From positions 3,456,001-3,520,000 of the forward strand of contig JASGHG010000001.1 in the NCBI GenBank assembly GCA_047602425.1: a DNA stretch of 64,000 nucleotides, read 5' to 3'. The first letter of the stretch is position 1, and each line of letters begins with the position of its first letter. Shown in pieces: positions 9,614-19,111 of the stretch. Position numbers and translations under genes: made by a program. The DNA comes from Nibricoccus sp. (GTDB lineage: Bacteria; Verrucomicrobiota; Verrucomicrobiia; Opitutales; Opitutaceae). The notes below the pieces were generated by a model, which saw nothing but the letters and a program-made list of their open reading frames with translations, was not told where the DNA came from and did not search any database.

Positions 9614-9831
9614 TTTTGCAATTTCGCTGCGCGGTACGCGCGCCGGAGTTGCTGTAGGGAAAAATGGGGTAAACACCGAGAAAATTGGCACGGCTCTTGA
9701 GCGGTCTTTGTGCCTGACATGCGAGGCATAGCTGTGTTGTCTTTTCGTTCCGCCCGATTCTCCAGCTGATGCTTTGTGCGATCGCGTGCGGCGTCTTGAT
9801 GCCAGCAATTTCAAAGAAAGGAAATTCCGTC

Positions 9832-10467
9832 ATGAACCAACAGACACCGACTATTTCGCTTGGGTTTACGCAGGAACGATTCCCGGCCGGGGTGCATATT
9901 TGCCAGATCTACACGGAGGATAGGGAACGAGAGGAGGCATTGGCGCGTTTTGTCGAGAGCGGACTGGTCGCGGGCGAGCGCACGAGTTGTTTTTCCGACA
10001 AAAAACCGGAGCCGGTATTATCCAGACATCTTGCTGCACACGGAATGTCGTTGGAAGAGCGTTGTTCCTGCGGGGCATTGACGCTGGCACCGACGCGGGA
10101 TGTCTATTTCAAGGACGACCGTTTCGATCCGGAACGGATGCTTTCGGTTTTGACGACGTACCACGAGGATTCGATGCGCCGCGGACATCGCGCCTGCCGA
10201 GTGATTGGAGAGATGTCGACCAAGGTGCAGACCGTGGAAGGAGGCAATCGGCTTTTGGAATATGAGTCAAAAGTCAGCATGCTGCTGCGCGAGCATCCGA
10301 TCACATGCGTCTGCCAGTACGATGCGCGTGCGTTTAGCGGCGCCATGATCATGGACGTGTTGAAGGTTCACCCGTTGATGATCATCCGCGGTGCGGTGGT
10401 GCGTAATCCATTTTTCATTCCTCCGGAGGAATTTTTGGCTGAGGGAAATTCCAGCCGAAAAGTATGA
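9832..10467 (+). CDS. stand-alone MEDS domain protein
   Basis: HICQIY, F..SGL..GE, FDPERM, RVIGEM, LLEYES, CQYD..F, HP. SD-like AAAGGA upstream of the ATG at 9832. Confidence 0.85.
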   Translation: MNQQTPTISLGFTQERFPAGVHICQIYTEDREREEALARFVESGLVAGERTSCFSDKKPEPVLSRHLAAHGMSLEERCSCGALTLAPTRDVYFKDDRFDPERMLSVLTTYHEDSMRRGHRACRVIGEMSTKVQTVEGGNRLLEYESKVSMLLREHPITCVCQYDARAFSGAMIMDVLKVHPLMIIRGAVVRNPFFIPPEEFLAEGNSSRKV

Positions 10468-12440
10468 GCACGACGGATACCGAACGGCAGGGCTCAATGG
10501 TGCTGGGGCAGCTTCTGCTCATGCAGAATGTGCTGTGCAACCTGCCTGATGAAGCCTCCATTTTCAGTTTCATTTGCCGCGGGCTTGGCGACATGCCCGG
10601 CGTAATGGAGGTGAGCCATTTAACGGTTGCAAATGGTTCAGGTAATGCCGAATTGCGCCATTTTCCCGTGCAGGCGGGTCAGACGCACTGGGGGGACCTT
10701 ATTTTCAAGCTTTCGGATCCTGGTCTGTTCGAACCTTACGAGGCCTATCTGCGAAATTTTATCTACATGGTCGGTGTGATCCTCGAAGAACGCCGCCAGA
10801 GACGTTTAAACGAAGAACACACGGTGCGCATCGAGCAGGCGGTTGAAGAGCGCACGCGCCAGCTCAAACAGGCCAATTCGGCGCTCGCGGGTTCCGAGCA
10901 GAAATATCGGCGGCTTTACGAGACGGTCCTCGATGGTTTCGGAACAATCGACATGGACGGCCGCATTGTGGACACCAACCAGGTGTTCCTTTCGATGCTC
11001 GGATATTCCGCGGACGAAGTGCGCCGGCTGAAATATTCGGATATCACACCCCAGCGCTGGCATGTATTTGAAAATCAAATCCTGACGGAGCAGGTTTTGA
11101 AACGAGGTTATTCCGACCTCTACGAAAAGGAATACGTACGAAAGGACGGCACGGTATTTCCGATCGAGTTGCGCACCTACCTCATCCGGGACCAGCAAGG
11201 ACAGCCTTCCGGCATGTGGGCGTTTATGCGCGACATCTCGGAGCGGAAGCAGGTGGAGGCGGAAAAAAACAGACTGCAGGAACAATTGATCCAAGCGCAG
11301 AAAATGGAATCGGTCGGCCGTCTGGCTGGCGGCGTGGCGCACGATTTCAACAACATGCTTCAGGCGATCATCGGCAATGCCAGCCTCGCGCTCGATGAAA
11401 CAATCGGCTCCGACCTGCACCAGGAATGCCTGAATGAAATCATGAAGGCCGCACGCCGTTCGGCGGACCTTACCCAGCAATTGCTGGCCTTTGCCCGCAA
11501 GCAGACCGTGAATCCCAAGGTGCTCGATCTCAACGACACCGTGGCGAGCATGCTCAAGATGCTGCAGCGCCTGATTGGCGAAGACGTGCAACTGAATTGG
11601 ATACCCGGTGCGTCGCTCTGGCCGGTCTGGGTCGATCCAGTTCAAATCGACCAAATCCTGGCGAATCTCACGGTGAACGCGCGGGACGCGATTGCCGGCT
11701 CAGGCCGTATCACCATCGAGACGGCCAATTTCAGCCTGACGGGCAGCGCCCTGCCGTTTCAGGCCGAGGCCCGTGCGGGGGAATATGTCCTGCTGAAAGT
11801 GACGGACACCGGCTGCGGTATCGACGAGGAGACGCGGAAGCACTTGTTTGAACCATTTTACACCACCAAAGCACCGGGCAAGGGCACCGGCTTGGGTCTG
11901 GCGACCGTTTACGGCATCGTAAGGCAAAACCACGGTTACATCAACGTGCGCAGCGCGCCCCGGGAGGGCTCGACCTTCACGATTTACCTGCCGCGTTGTT
12001 TGACTCCGGCCGCCCTGCCGGACGCGAACGAAGAAGACTCCATTGTGGGAGGCACGGAGACAATATTGTTGGTCGAGGATGAGGCTCAAATTTTGAACTT
12101 GGAGCGAAAGATCCTGGAGCTCCATGGTTACAAGGTCATTCCGGCGAATTTGCCCGAGGAGGCATTGGAGCGGGTCGCGCGTTTTCCCGATCCCATCCAC
12201 CTGGTCATCACCGATGTCGTGATGCCGGGAATGAACGGGCGAGAGTTGCAGACACGGGTGAATGCGTTGAAGCCCGGTGCGCGTTGGCTCTTTGTCTCTG
12301 GTTATACCGCGGACGTGATCGCGCACCAAGGCGTGCTGGATAAAAGCGTCCAATTTCTCCCCAAGCCCTTCACGATTCCCGATCTCGCCCGCAAGGTCCG
12401 CGAAGTGCTCGATTTACCCGATCGAGACCGCGCGAGTTGA
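10464..12440 (+). CDS. hybrid sensor histidine kinase (PAS-HisKA-HATPase-REC)
   Basis: GVAHDFNN H-box, NARDA, DTGCGI, GTGLGL; receiver domain LLVEDE...TDVVMP...KP. ATGA overlap with the MEDS gene. Confidence 0.93.
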   Translation: MSTTDTERQGSMVLGQLLLMQNVLCNLPDEASIFSFICRGLGDMPGVMEVSHLTVANGSGNAELRHFPVQAGQTHWGDLIFKLSDPGLFEPYEAYLRNFIYMVGVILEERRQRRLNEEHTVRIEQAVEERTRQLKQANSALAGSEQKYRRLYETVLDGFGTIDMDGRIVDTNQVFLSMLGYSADEVRRLKYSDITPQRWHVFENQILTEQVLKRGYSDLYEKEYVRKDGTVFPIELRTYLIRDQQGQPSGMWAFMRDISERKQVEAEKNRLQEQLIQAQKMESVGRLAGGVAHDFNNMLQAIIGNASLALDETIGSDLHQECLNEIMKAARRSADLTQQLLAFARKQTVNPKVLDLNDTVASMLKMLQRLIGEDVQLNWIPGASLWPVWVDPVQIDQILANLTVNARDAIAGSGRITIETANFSLTGSALPFQAEARAGEYVLLKVTDTGCGIDEETRKHLFEPFYTTKAPGKGTGLGLATVYGIVRQNHGYINVRSAPREGSTFTIYLPRCLTPAALPDANEEDSIVGGTETILLVEDEAQILNLERKILELHGYKVIPANLPEEALERVARFPDPIHLVITDVVMPGMNGRELQTRVNALKPGARWLFVSGYTADVIAHQGVLDKSVQFLPKPFTIPDLARKVREVLDLPDRDRAS

Positions 12441-12465
12441 TCCGTCGTGAGGAAACTTGTCCGCT

Positions 12466-12960
12466 TCAGCTTTTGGAAGCCGGCGGAATCAGGCTGCGGA
12501 TATAGTCGATCAACGAAGGGATGGCTTCGACCATTTCGTCGCGACTGGCTTCATAGTGTTTAAGCGAACCGCCGTAGGGATCGACGATCTCATGGTCGGC
12601 CGGTGCGGGCATGAATTCGCGGAAAAGGTGCACATTTTTCGCAGGCGGATCGAACGCCACCTGGATCATCGACCGGTGCGATTCCGTCATGCAGAAAATG
12701 GCCAGCGCATTGCGAACGAGGTCCTGGGTAAGCGGCTGGGCGACGTGGCTGGCGATATTAAGCCCGACTTTTTTCAGCGCCTGCACCGAGTTTTCAGAAA
12801 CCCGTTCCCCCGTGCGCGCCGAGACGCCGGCCGAGATGACTTTGATCGATTTCAGCGGTTCAGGCTGCGCGCGAAGCGCATGTTGCAACAGAGCCTCGGC
12901 CATCGGACTGCGGCAGATGTTGGCGGTGCAGACAGTGAGAATATAAACCGGTTCACCCAT
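12466..12960 (-). CDS. low molecular weight protein phosphatase (LMW-PTP family)
   Basis: CTANICRS P-loop, SAG, DPYGG. ATG at 12960. Confidence 0.9.
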   Translation of the reverse strand: MGEPVYILTVCTANICRSPMAEALLQHALRAQPEPLKSIKVISAGVSARTGERVSENSVQALKKVGLNIASHVAQPLTQDLVRNALAIFCMTESHRSMIQVAFDPPAKNVHLFREFMPAPADHEIVDPYGGSLKHYEASRDEMVEAIPSLIDYIRSLIPPASKS

Positions 12961-13015
12961 GCTGTGGCGGTGGCCAATGGATACAGTTTGTTGAAAAAAG
13001 CAAAGCCGCTTTTGG

Positions 13016-15442
13016 TTAACGTCGGTCGGAAACGAATCGACGGCAGCGCACCATGCGCGGTGCGACGAGCAGCGCAAGTGCGGTCAAAAGGAAAGTCCCT
13101 GGCGCGCCTCCACCGCCTCCTTTTGACGACGGTGATGCACCAGAACCGGACGAACCGCCGCTCGACGACGAAGAACTGCTGCTGGACGAACTCGACGACG
13201 AGGACGATGCACCCGAGGAGGAACTGGAGCTTGAAGACGAATTGGTAGCCTGAAGTTGCACGACGGCATTGTTGCTCGTGGTTGAGCCGGCGGAGTTGGA
13301 AATAACGACCGAATATGTGCCGGCGGAGGAGACGCTCGCGCTGGCAACGGAATAGGTGCTACCGTTAGCGCCGACGATGAGCTGGCCGGCCAGACGCCAT
13401 TGATATTGGAGATTTGTACCGGTTGTGGTGACGTTGAGCGTGAAACTTGATCCTGCGGCGACGGAGGTGAGCGCAGCGGGTTGCGACGTGATGGCAGGCG
13501 GCGTGTCAGCGGTGGAAACGGGAATTGCAGCGCTGAGCGGAGAAGTATTGCCGACAGCATCGAACGCGTTGACCGCGTACGTGTAGGTCGTGCCGGCGAT
13601 GAGTCCGGTATTGGAGAACGATGTGGCGGTCGTCGTGGTGAGGAGATTGCCGTTGCGATAAACACCGTAGCCGGTGACAGCGACATTGTCGGTCGAAGCG
13701 GTCCACGAGAGATTGATCTGCGAGGTGGAAATGGGCGTGCCCGCAAGATTCGAGGGAATGGTCGGGGCGGTCGTATCGCCGGGGCCTGTGTTAGAGGGAT
13801 TGAGAATTGAATAGTTGTTCGAACCGGCGGCGACGTAGGCGAGGTAGCGACGATAAGCGGGATTCCCGCCGTTGACGGTGGCAAGGTCAGGACCGTTGCC
13901 CGGCCATTGGCCGGCGTCCCACCAACTTGGTTTTGCGGACAAATACATCGATGAGGGAATGGTGTGATCGGAATTCGCAGTGTCCCACGTGACCAGATTG
14001 GTTTTAAACGAATAGTTTCCGTGGAGGTAGGTCGTGGTTATAGTATTCTGATCGTAGCCTTGGCTGGCGTCGGGCGGAAAAATCTGGCCAATGACGGAGT
14101 CGGTGACGCCATAGCCCGATGGATAACTCCGCGTATCGTCGCCAGGACGATTCAGAACGCAGCCGACGCAGGAATTGTAAGGATTGTCACCGGCGATCCA
14201 GATGCCAATGCGACCGAAAAGGCGCAGATTGTCGGAGTAGGCTTCGGAGTAGGCGCGGGCCCAAACGCGGAAATTGAGGTTATGCGATGAACTGCCCCAC
14301 GTATTGTCGTGGACGATACGGGAAACAACATTGCCTTCAAACAGGTTCATGTACGGGTGGCTGCCGTGAGTATCCTGATCCTCGGTGATGGAGGAATAGT
14401 CACCCGTGTCGTTATTGCGAGGCGACACGCTCGCATTGTGCGCCATGACGATGCCGCTGCCACCACCCTCGAAAACCAAGGCGTGGCGGCCACCCATCAC
14501 GACACAATTTTCCACGAGATGGTTGGAATTGTAGTCGAAAAAGAAAATGCCGTACGAGCGCCCGGACTCGTGGTCCACGGCGAAGTTCGTGGAATCGATG
14601 GTGCAATTCCGCACGGTGCAACCAAAGGAATTGCCGATGCGAATGGCGGTGGCTTGGGGCCACTTGACGATACAATTCGTTATCCAGCTATCCGCCACGG
14701 CGCCCAGCCCCACACTTGAGCCGCCGCCTGTGGCCTGGGTTTTTTCAATAACCAAGTCTTCGATACCAATACCCATGGACAAATTCATGATTTGGTACTG
14801 CGGGCTGTTCGGCATATCGAGGTAGATGGCGGGCGAGAAAGTGACGGTGGAGCCGTTGACCGCACTGACCTTGACCACCTGGACCATGGTGGCGGTGGGA
14901 TTGCTGTTGGCCAACCAGGTGGCGACATTGGCGCTGTTGCCATAGCTGCGCGGCGTGACCCAACTGGGATTGGTCTGGGAAATGGCGACGTACGAGCCGG
15001 CGCTCAGGCCGGAGACATTGGCGGAAGTGAAATTGGTCGAACCTCGGGTGACGGATGACGTGATGGGAATTTTATTTCCCGGTCCGCCCCCGGGGCCGCT
15101 GATCATTTGAAATTCAGAAGTGCCATTGTACTGGATGACAGTGCTGGTCCCCGAACCGCGCAACGTGACGCCGCTCTTCATCGTTATGCCGGTGGTGCTT
15201 AAGACAAACGTGCCAGGGCCAAGCTTAACTACCTGTCCCGTCGGGCAGGCATTGATCGCGGTTTGGATCTGGTCGGTGGTTGCGCCACCGGTGAGCGTTT
15301 GGAAAATAGTGGTGCGACTGGGTATGCCACCGCTCACTCCGGCATTGGCCCAGGCACTGTCGGTTGGAATGCGCGTTGGATCGATGATCGCTCCGGATGC
15401 GCACAGAGCGCCGAGCAGCAACGCGGTCAGGAACTTGTACAT
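13016..15442 (-). CDS. secreted pectate-lyase-like beta-helix protein with FN3, Ig, poly-Ser linker and GGGAP C-terminal tail
   Basis: Signal peptide MYKFLTALLLG; IQTAINAC..VKLGPGTF..SGVTLRGSG beta-helix start; FN3 (LSWTASTDNVAVTGY); Ig (YQW...AGTYSV). Alternative start at 15481. Confidence 0.8.
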   Translation of the reverse strand: MYKFLTALLLGALCASGAIIDPTRIPTDSAWANAGVSGGIPSRTTIFQTLTGGATTDQIQTAINACPTGQVVKLGPGTFVLSTTGITMKSGVTLRGSGTSTVIQYNGTSEFQMISGPGGGPGNKIPITSSVTRGSTNFTSANVSGLSAGSYVAISQTNPSWVTPRSYGNSANVATWLANSNPTATMVQVVKVSAVNGSTVTFSPAIYLDMPNSPQYQIMNLSMGIGIEDLVIEKTQATGGGSSVGLGAVADSWITNCIVKWPQATAIRIGNSFGCTVRNCTIDSTNFAVDHESGRSYGIFFFDYNSNHLVENCVVMGGRHALVFEGGGSGIVMAHNASVSPRNNDTGDYSSITEDQDTHGSHPYMNLFEGNVVSRIVHDNTWGSSSHNLNFRVWARAYSEAYSDNLRLFGRIGIWIAGDNPYNSCVGCVLNRPGDDTRSYPSGYGVTDSVIGQIFPPDASQGYDQNTITTTYLHGNYSFKTNLVTWDTANSDHTIPSSMYLSAKPSWWDAGQWPGNGPDLATVNGGNPAYRRYLAYVAAGSNNYSILNPSNTGPGDTTAPTIPSNLAGTPISTSQINLSWTASTDNVAVTGYGVYRNGNLLTTTTATSFSNTGLIAGTTYTYAVNAFDAVGNTSPLSAAIPVSTADTPPAITSQPAALTSVAAGSSFTLNVTTTGTNLQYQWRLAGQLIVGANGSTYSVASASVSSAGTYSVVISNSAGSTTSNNAVVQLQATNSSSSSSSSSGASSSSSSSSSSSSSSSSGGSSGSGASPSSKGGGGGAPGTFLLTALALLVAPRMVRCRRFVSDRR

Positions 15443-15591
15443 TGAAGATAGGCCGATGTTGGTTCGGGTCATGCGTGGCATGGGGATATCCCGTGGTTGG
15501 GCTAAGTTGCTCCGCGTTTAGCCAGCGACAACCCGAATGCTTCGTCCAACGAGCGTTTTATAAAAATTTAGGAAACGCCCGCCATTTGGCT

Positions 15592-16152
15592 TCAGTCCAC
15601 AATCATCACCTGATCGCCAACGCGCATTTCTTCGTAGAGGCTGATCAGATCGAGATTGGCCATATGGACGCACCCCGCGCTTTGCGGTTGGCCAAGACGG
15701 TGCTCGTGGTGCGTGCCGTGGATATATATGTAGCGTTCCTTCGTATCGACTTCGCCGCCTTGGTTCACGCCAGGTTCGAGGCCACGCAGCCAGAGGATGC
15801 GGCTCGTGATGAGATTCGATTTTTGCTCCTCCTCGGAAAACTCTGAGAAGTGCCGGCCGGTGGGCACACGGGCCTTGAAGACCATGCCGGGCGGTTGGCC
15901 GGCACCGATTCGTTCGGCAATTTCATGCAGTCCGCGGGGGGTGCCGAGTGAATTTTTAATATTGGACGGCGGACGTAACGATGTGGATATCACATAGCTA
16001 CGCACGAGCGAACTGTTCCGGTAAAATTGCAGCGTTTGTGTGGCGATCCGGACGAAAAGAAACCTTTCTGCGGACTTGATGCCGAGGCGCTCGCAGGTTT
16101 TGCTGACCAGTTCACACGAAGAAATGAATACATCGTCACTCACAGTAGGCAT
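15592..16152 (-). CDS. L,D-transpeptidase (YkuD) family protein
   Basis: GTPRG, RILWL, IYIHGT...SAGCV catalytic His/Cys motif. Start is uncertain (16152 ATG or 16143 GTG). Confidence 0.85.
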   Translation of the reverse strand: MPTVSDDVFISSCELVSKTCERLGIKSAERFLFVRIATQTLQFYRNSSLVRSYVISTSLRPPSNIKNSLGTPRGLHEIAERIGAGQPPGMVFKARVPTGRHFSEFSEEEQKSNLITSRILWLRGLEPGVNQGGEVDTKERYIYIHGTHHEHRLGQPQSAGCVHMANLDLISLYEEMRVGDQVMIVD

Positions 16153-17155
16153 CGTCGGCGCGACCGGCGCTGTTGGTCAAGAACTCGTCCGCCTGATGCA
16201 CGAGCGTAATTTCCCGATGTCCAAGCTGCGGCTTTTCGCCTCGGCTCGGTCGGCGGGCAAGACCGTGGAAAAGTTTGGCAAAAAATACGTCATTGAAGAG
16301 GCCAAGCTGGGTGCGTTTGCCGGTGTCGACATCGCTTTCTTCGCCGCAGGCGGCTCGGTCACGAAAGCTTTCGCGGCCGACGCGATCAAGAGCGGCTGTT
16401 TAGTGATTGATAAGAGTTCGGTTCATCGCATGGACCCGGCTGTGCCGCTCGTCATTCCCGAAATCAATCCGCAAGACCTGACCAAGCACAAGGGCCTCGT
16501 CGCCAATCCCAATTGCTCGACCGCTGTCACGCTCATGGGCCTGTATCCGTTGCACAAGGCTTTCGGTTTGAAGCGCTATTTTGCCGCGACGTTCCAGTCG
16601 GTTTCCGGCACGGGCGCCGAGGCGATTCGCGAGCTCGAAGACCAGACTCAGAGCTACGTGAAGGGTCAGCCGATGAACAAAAAAGTTTATCCGTACCAGA
16701 TTTTCCAAAACTGCATTCCGCAGGTCGATTCGTTCGGCGCCGATGGTTACACCGGCGAAGAGAACAAAATGATGCTCGAAAGTCGCAAGATCATGGGCCT
16801 GCCCGCGCTGAAGGTTTCGACCACCTGCGTGCGCGTTCCGGTCGTGCGTGCTCACTCGATCGCGGTGAATGCCGAATTTGAAAAGCCCGTCAGTGTTGCG
16901 GCCGCCCGCGAAGCGATTGCCGCGTTCGAAGGTGCCGAACTCGTCGACGATCAGGCGACGCGCAAGTATCCGACGCCGCTCGATTTCGCCGAAAAGGTGA
17001 AGTGCGGCGTGGGTCGCATTCGTATTGATACGGCTTTTGACAACGGTCTCTCGTTCTGGGTTTCCGGCGACAACCTCTGGAAGGGCGCTGCGATGAACGC
17101 CGTCCAGAACGCCGAGCTCATGATCAAGAACGGCTGGGTCAAAGCGAAGGCTTGA
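16124..17155 (+). CDS. asd: aspartate-semialdehyde dehydrogenase
   Basis: GIVGATGAVG, ANPNCST, QSVSGTG, CVRVPV, DNLWKGAAMNAVQ. Confidence 0.95.
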   Translation: MNTSSLTVGIVGATGAVGQELVRLMHERNFPMSKLRLFASARSAGKTVEKFGKKYVIEEAKLGAFAGVDIAFFAAGGSVTKAFAADAIKSGCLVIDKSSVHRMDPAVPLVIPEINPQDLTKHKGLVANPNCSTAVTLMGLYPLHKAFGLKRYFAATFQSVSGTGAEAIRELEDQTQSYVKGQPMNKKVYPYQIFQNCIPQVDSFGADGYTGEENKMMLESRKIMGLPALKVSTTCVRVPVVRAHSIAVNAEFEKPVSVAAAREAIAAFEGAELVDDQATRKYPTPLDFAEKVKCGVGRIRIDTAFDNGLSFWVSGDNLWKGAAMNAVQNAELMIKNGWVKAKA

Positions 17156-17244
17156 GCCGGTTTTCCGCGAGATGCCGCTTGGCAAACGGTTGACAAACCT
17201 GCCGCTTGCCACGTGCATTTCGCCCGCATTACGTTTTCTGGATT

Positions 17245-17321
17245 GGACGCTTAGCTCAGTTGGTTAGAGCATCTCGTTTACACCGAGAGGGTCGGGGGTT
17301 CGAGTCCCTCAGCGTCCACCA
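17245..17321 (+). tRNA. tRNA-Val (TAC)
   Basis: Acceptor stem GGACGCT/AGCGTCC, D-arm AGCTCAGTTGGTTAGAGC, anticodon arm TCTCG-TTTACAC-CGAGA, GTTCGAG T-loop, encoded CCA. Confidence 0.97.
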
Positions 17322-17456
17322 CCTTCAACAGGGCGACCCGGTAAAGTGTGAGAAGCCGGAAACGGTAAACCCAGCCCCTAAAAGTCCCTGAGAAACAGCG
17401 TTGCACGCCGCGCGCGGACTCTCCATTCATTTTCCTTTTATCTCCCATAACTTCGC

Positions 17457-17942
17457 ATGCGACACACGCTCTCAGTACTCGTTGAAAACAAATTCGGCGT
17501 CCTTGCGCGCGTTTCCGGCATGTTCAGCGGACGCGGCTTCAACATCGATTCGCTCAATGTCGCGCCCACCCACGACCCGCAACTCTCGCGCATCACGGTG
17601 GTCCTGAAGGGCGACGATGCCGCGCTCGACATGGTCACCAAGCAACTTCGCAAGTTGATCAATGTCGTCTCGGTTGTCGATTTTCACGCCGGCGAAGCGG
17701 TGCAACGCGAGCTCCTGCTGGTCCGCGTGAAAGCCGATTCGAAGACCCGTTCGGAAATCATGCAGATCTGCGACATTTTCCGCGCGAAGATCGTGAATGT
17801 CGGCCACGAAGCCGTCATCATCGAGATTACAGGCGATGAGGGCAAAACCGCCGCGTTTCTCCGACTCCTCGAACCTTTTGGCATCCTGGAGATCGCCCGC
17901 ACCGGCCTGCTCGCCCTCAAGCGCGACCACGCTTCGGCCTGA
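17457..17942 (+). CDS. ilvN: acetolactate synthase small (regulatory) subunit
   Basis: MRHTLSVLVENKFGVLARVSGMFSGRGFNIDSL ACT domain; RELLLVRV; EIARTG. Confidence 0.95.
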   Translation: MRHTLSVLVENKFGVLARVSGMFSGRGFNIDSLNVAPTHDPQLSRITVVLKGDDAALDMVTKQLRKLINVVSVVDFHAGEAVQRELLLVRVKADSKTRSEIMQICDIFRAKIVNVGHEAVIIEITGDEGKTAAFLRLLEPFGILEIARTGLLALKRDHASA

Positions 17943-17993
17943 CCCGAACTACGACCCATCGCTTAATTCTTATCCCACAACCCGCCACTTATC

Positions 17994-19019
17994 ATGCCCG
18001 CTAAAGTATACACCGACAAAGACGCCGATCTCGGCGTGTTCAAAAACAAAACGCTCGCTGTGCTCGGCTACGGTTCCCAAGGCCACGCGCACGCTCTTAA
18101 CCTGAAGGACAGCGGCTGCAAGGTCCTCATCGGCCTTTATCCCGGCTCGAAATCCCGCGACGTCGCCGCCAAGCATGGCTTCGAAGTCGTCGACACTGCC
18201 GAGGCCGTCCGTCGCGCCGATGTCATCATGGTCGGTTTGCCCGATATGAAGCAGGCTTCCGTTTACGAGAGCGACATCCTCCCGAACCTTTCCAAAGGTA
18301 AAACGCTGCTCTTCTCCCACGGCCTCGCGATCCACTTCGGCCTGATCAAGCTCCCGAAGGACGTTGATTGCATCATGGTCGCCCCGAAGGGCCCGGGCCA
18401 TATGGTCCGCCGCCTCTACGCCGAAGGCAAAGGCATGCCCGCCCTTATCGCTGTCGCCCAGGACAAATCCAAGTCCGCCAAGAAGACCGCGCTTGCTTGG
18501 GCCAAAGGTATTGGTTCGACCCGCGCCGGCGTTCTTCAAACTTCCTTCAAGGAAGAGACCGAGACCGATCTCTTTGGCGAGCAGGCCGTTCTTTGCGGCG
18601 GCGCTTCCGCCCTCGTGCAGGCCGGTTTTGAAACCCTCGTAGAGGCTGGCTATCAGCCCGAGATGGCTTACTTCGAATGTCTTCACGAACTGAAGCTCAT
18701 CTGCGATCTTATGTACGAGTCCGGCATTGCCGGCATGCGCTTCTCGATCTCCGAGACCGCCAAGTACGGTGATATCACCCGCGGCCCTCGCGTCGTGAAC
18801 AAGAAGACCAAGGCCGAAATGAAGAAGATCCTGACCGAAATCCAGACCGGCAAATTCACCAAGGAATGGGTCAAGGAGCACAAGGGCGGCTTGAAGAACT
18901 ACAACAAGCTCCTCAAGAACGGGGAAAAGCACCAGATCGAAAAGACCGGCGCCTACCTCCGCAGCATGATGCCTTGGATGGCCAAGAAGAACATCAAGAG
19001 CGTCCAAGCCGCCTACTGA
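17994..19019 (+). CDS. ilvC: ketol-acid reductoisomerase
   Basis: [45 protein letters not shown]. Confidence 0.97.
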   Translation: MPAKVYTDKDADLGVFKNKTLAVLGYGSQGHAHALNLKDSGCKVLIGLYPGSKSRDVAAKHGFEVVDTAEAVRRADVIMVGLPDMKQASVYESDILPNLSKGKTLLFSHGLAIHFGLIKLPKDVDCIMVAPKGPGHMVRRLYAEGKGMPALIAVAQDKSKSAKKTALAWAKGIGSTRAGVLQTSFKEETETDLFGEQAVLCGGASALVQAGFETLVEAGYQPEMAYFECLHELKLICDLMYESGIAGMRFSISETAKYGDITRGPRVVNKKTKAEMKKILTEIQTGKFTKEWVKEHKGGLKNYNKLLKNGEKHQIEKTGAYLRSMMPWMAKKNIKSVQAAY

Positions 19020-19045
19020 GTTAAGCTCGCAATATTTAAAAATGC

Positions 19046-19086
19046 CAAAGGGCGCTGCTGGAATCATCCGCAGCGCCCTTTGTTTT
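19046..19086 (+). terminator. intrinsic terminator after ilvC
   Basis: CAAAGGGCGCTGC...GCAGCGCCCTTTG stem followed by TTTT. Confidence 0.8.
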
Positions 19087-19111
19087 AGTTAGAACAAATT
19101 ATTGGTTCGGT

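Noticed and set aside
17322..17456. Integrative element at the tRNA-Val 3' end
   Set aside because: No integrase is present, and I saw no duplicated tRNA 3' end in the window.
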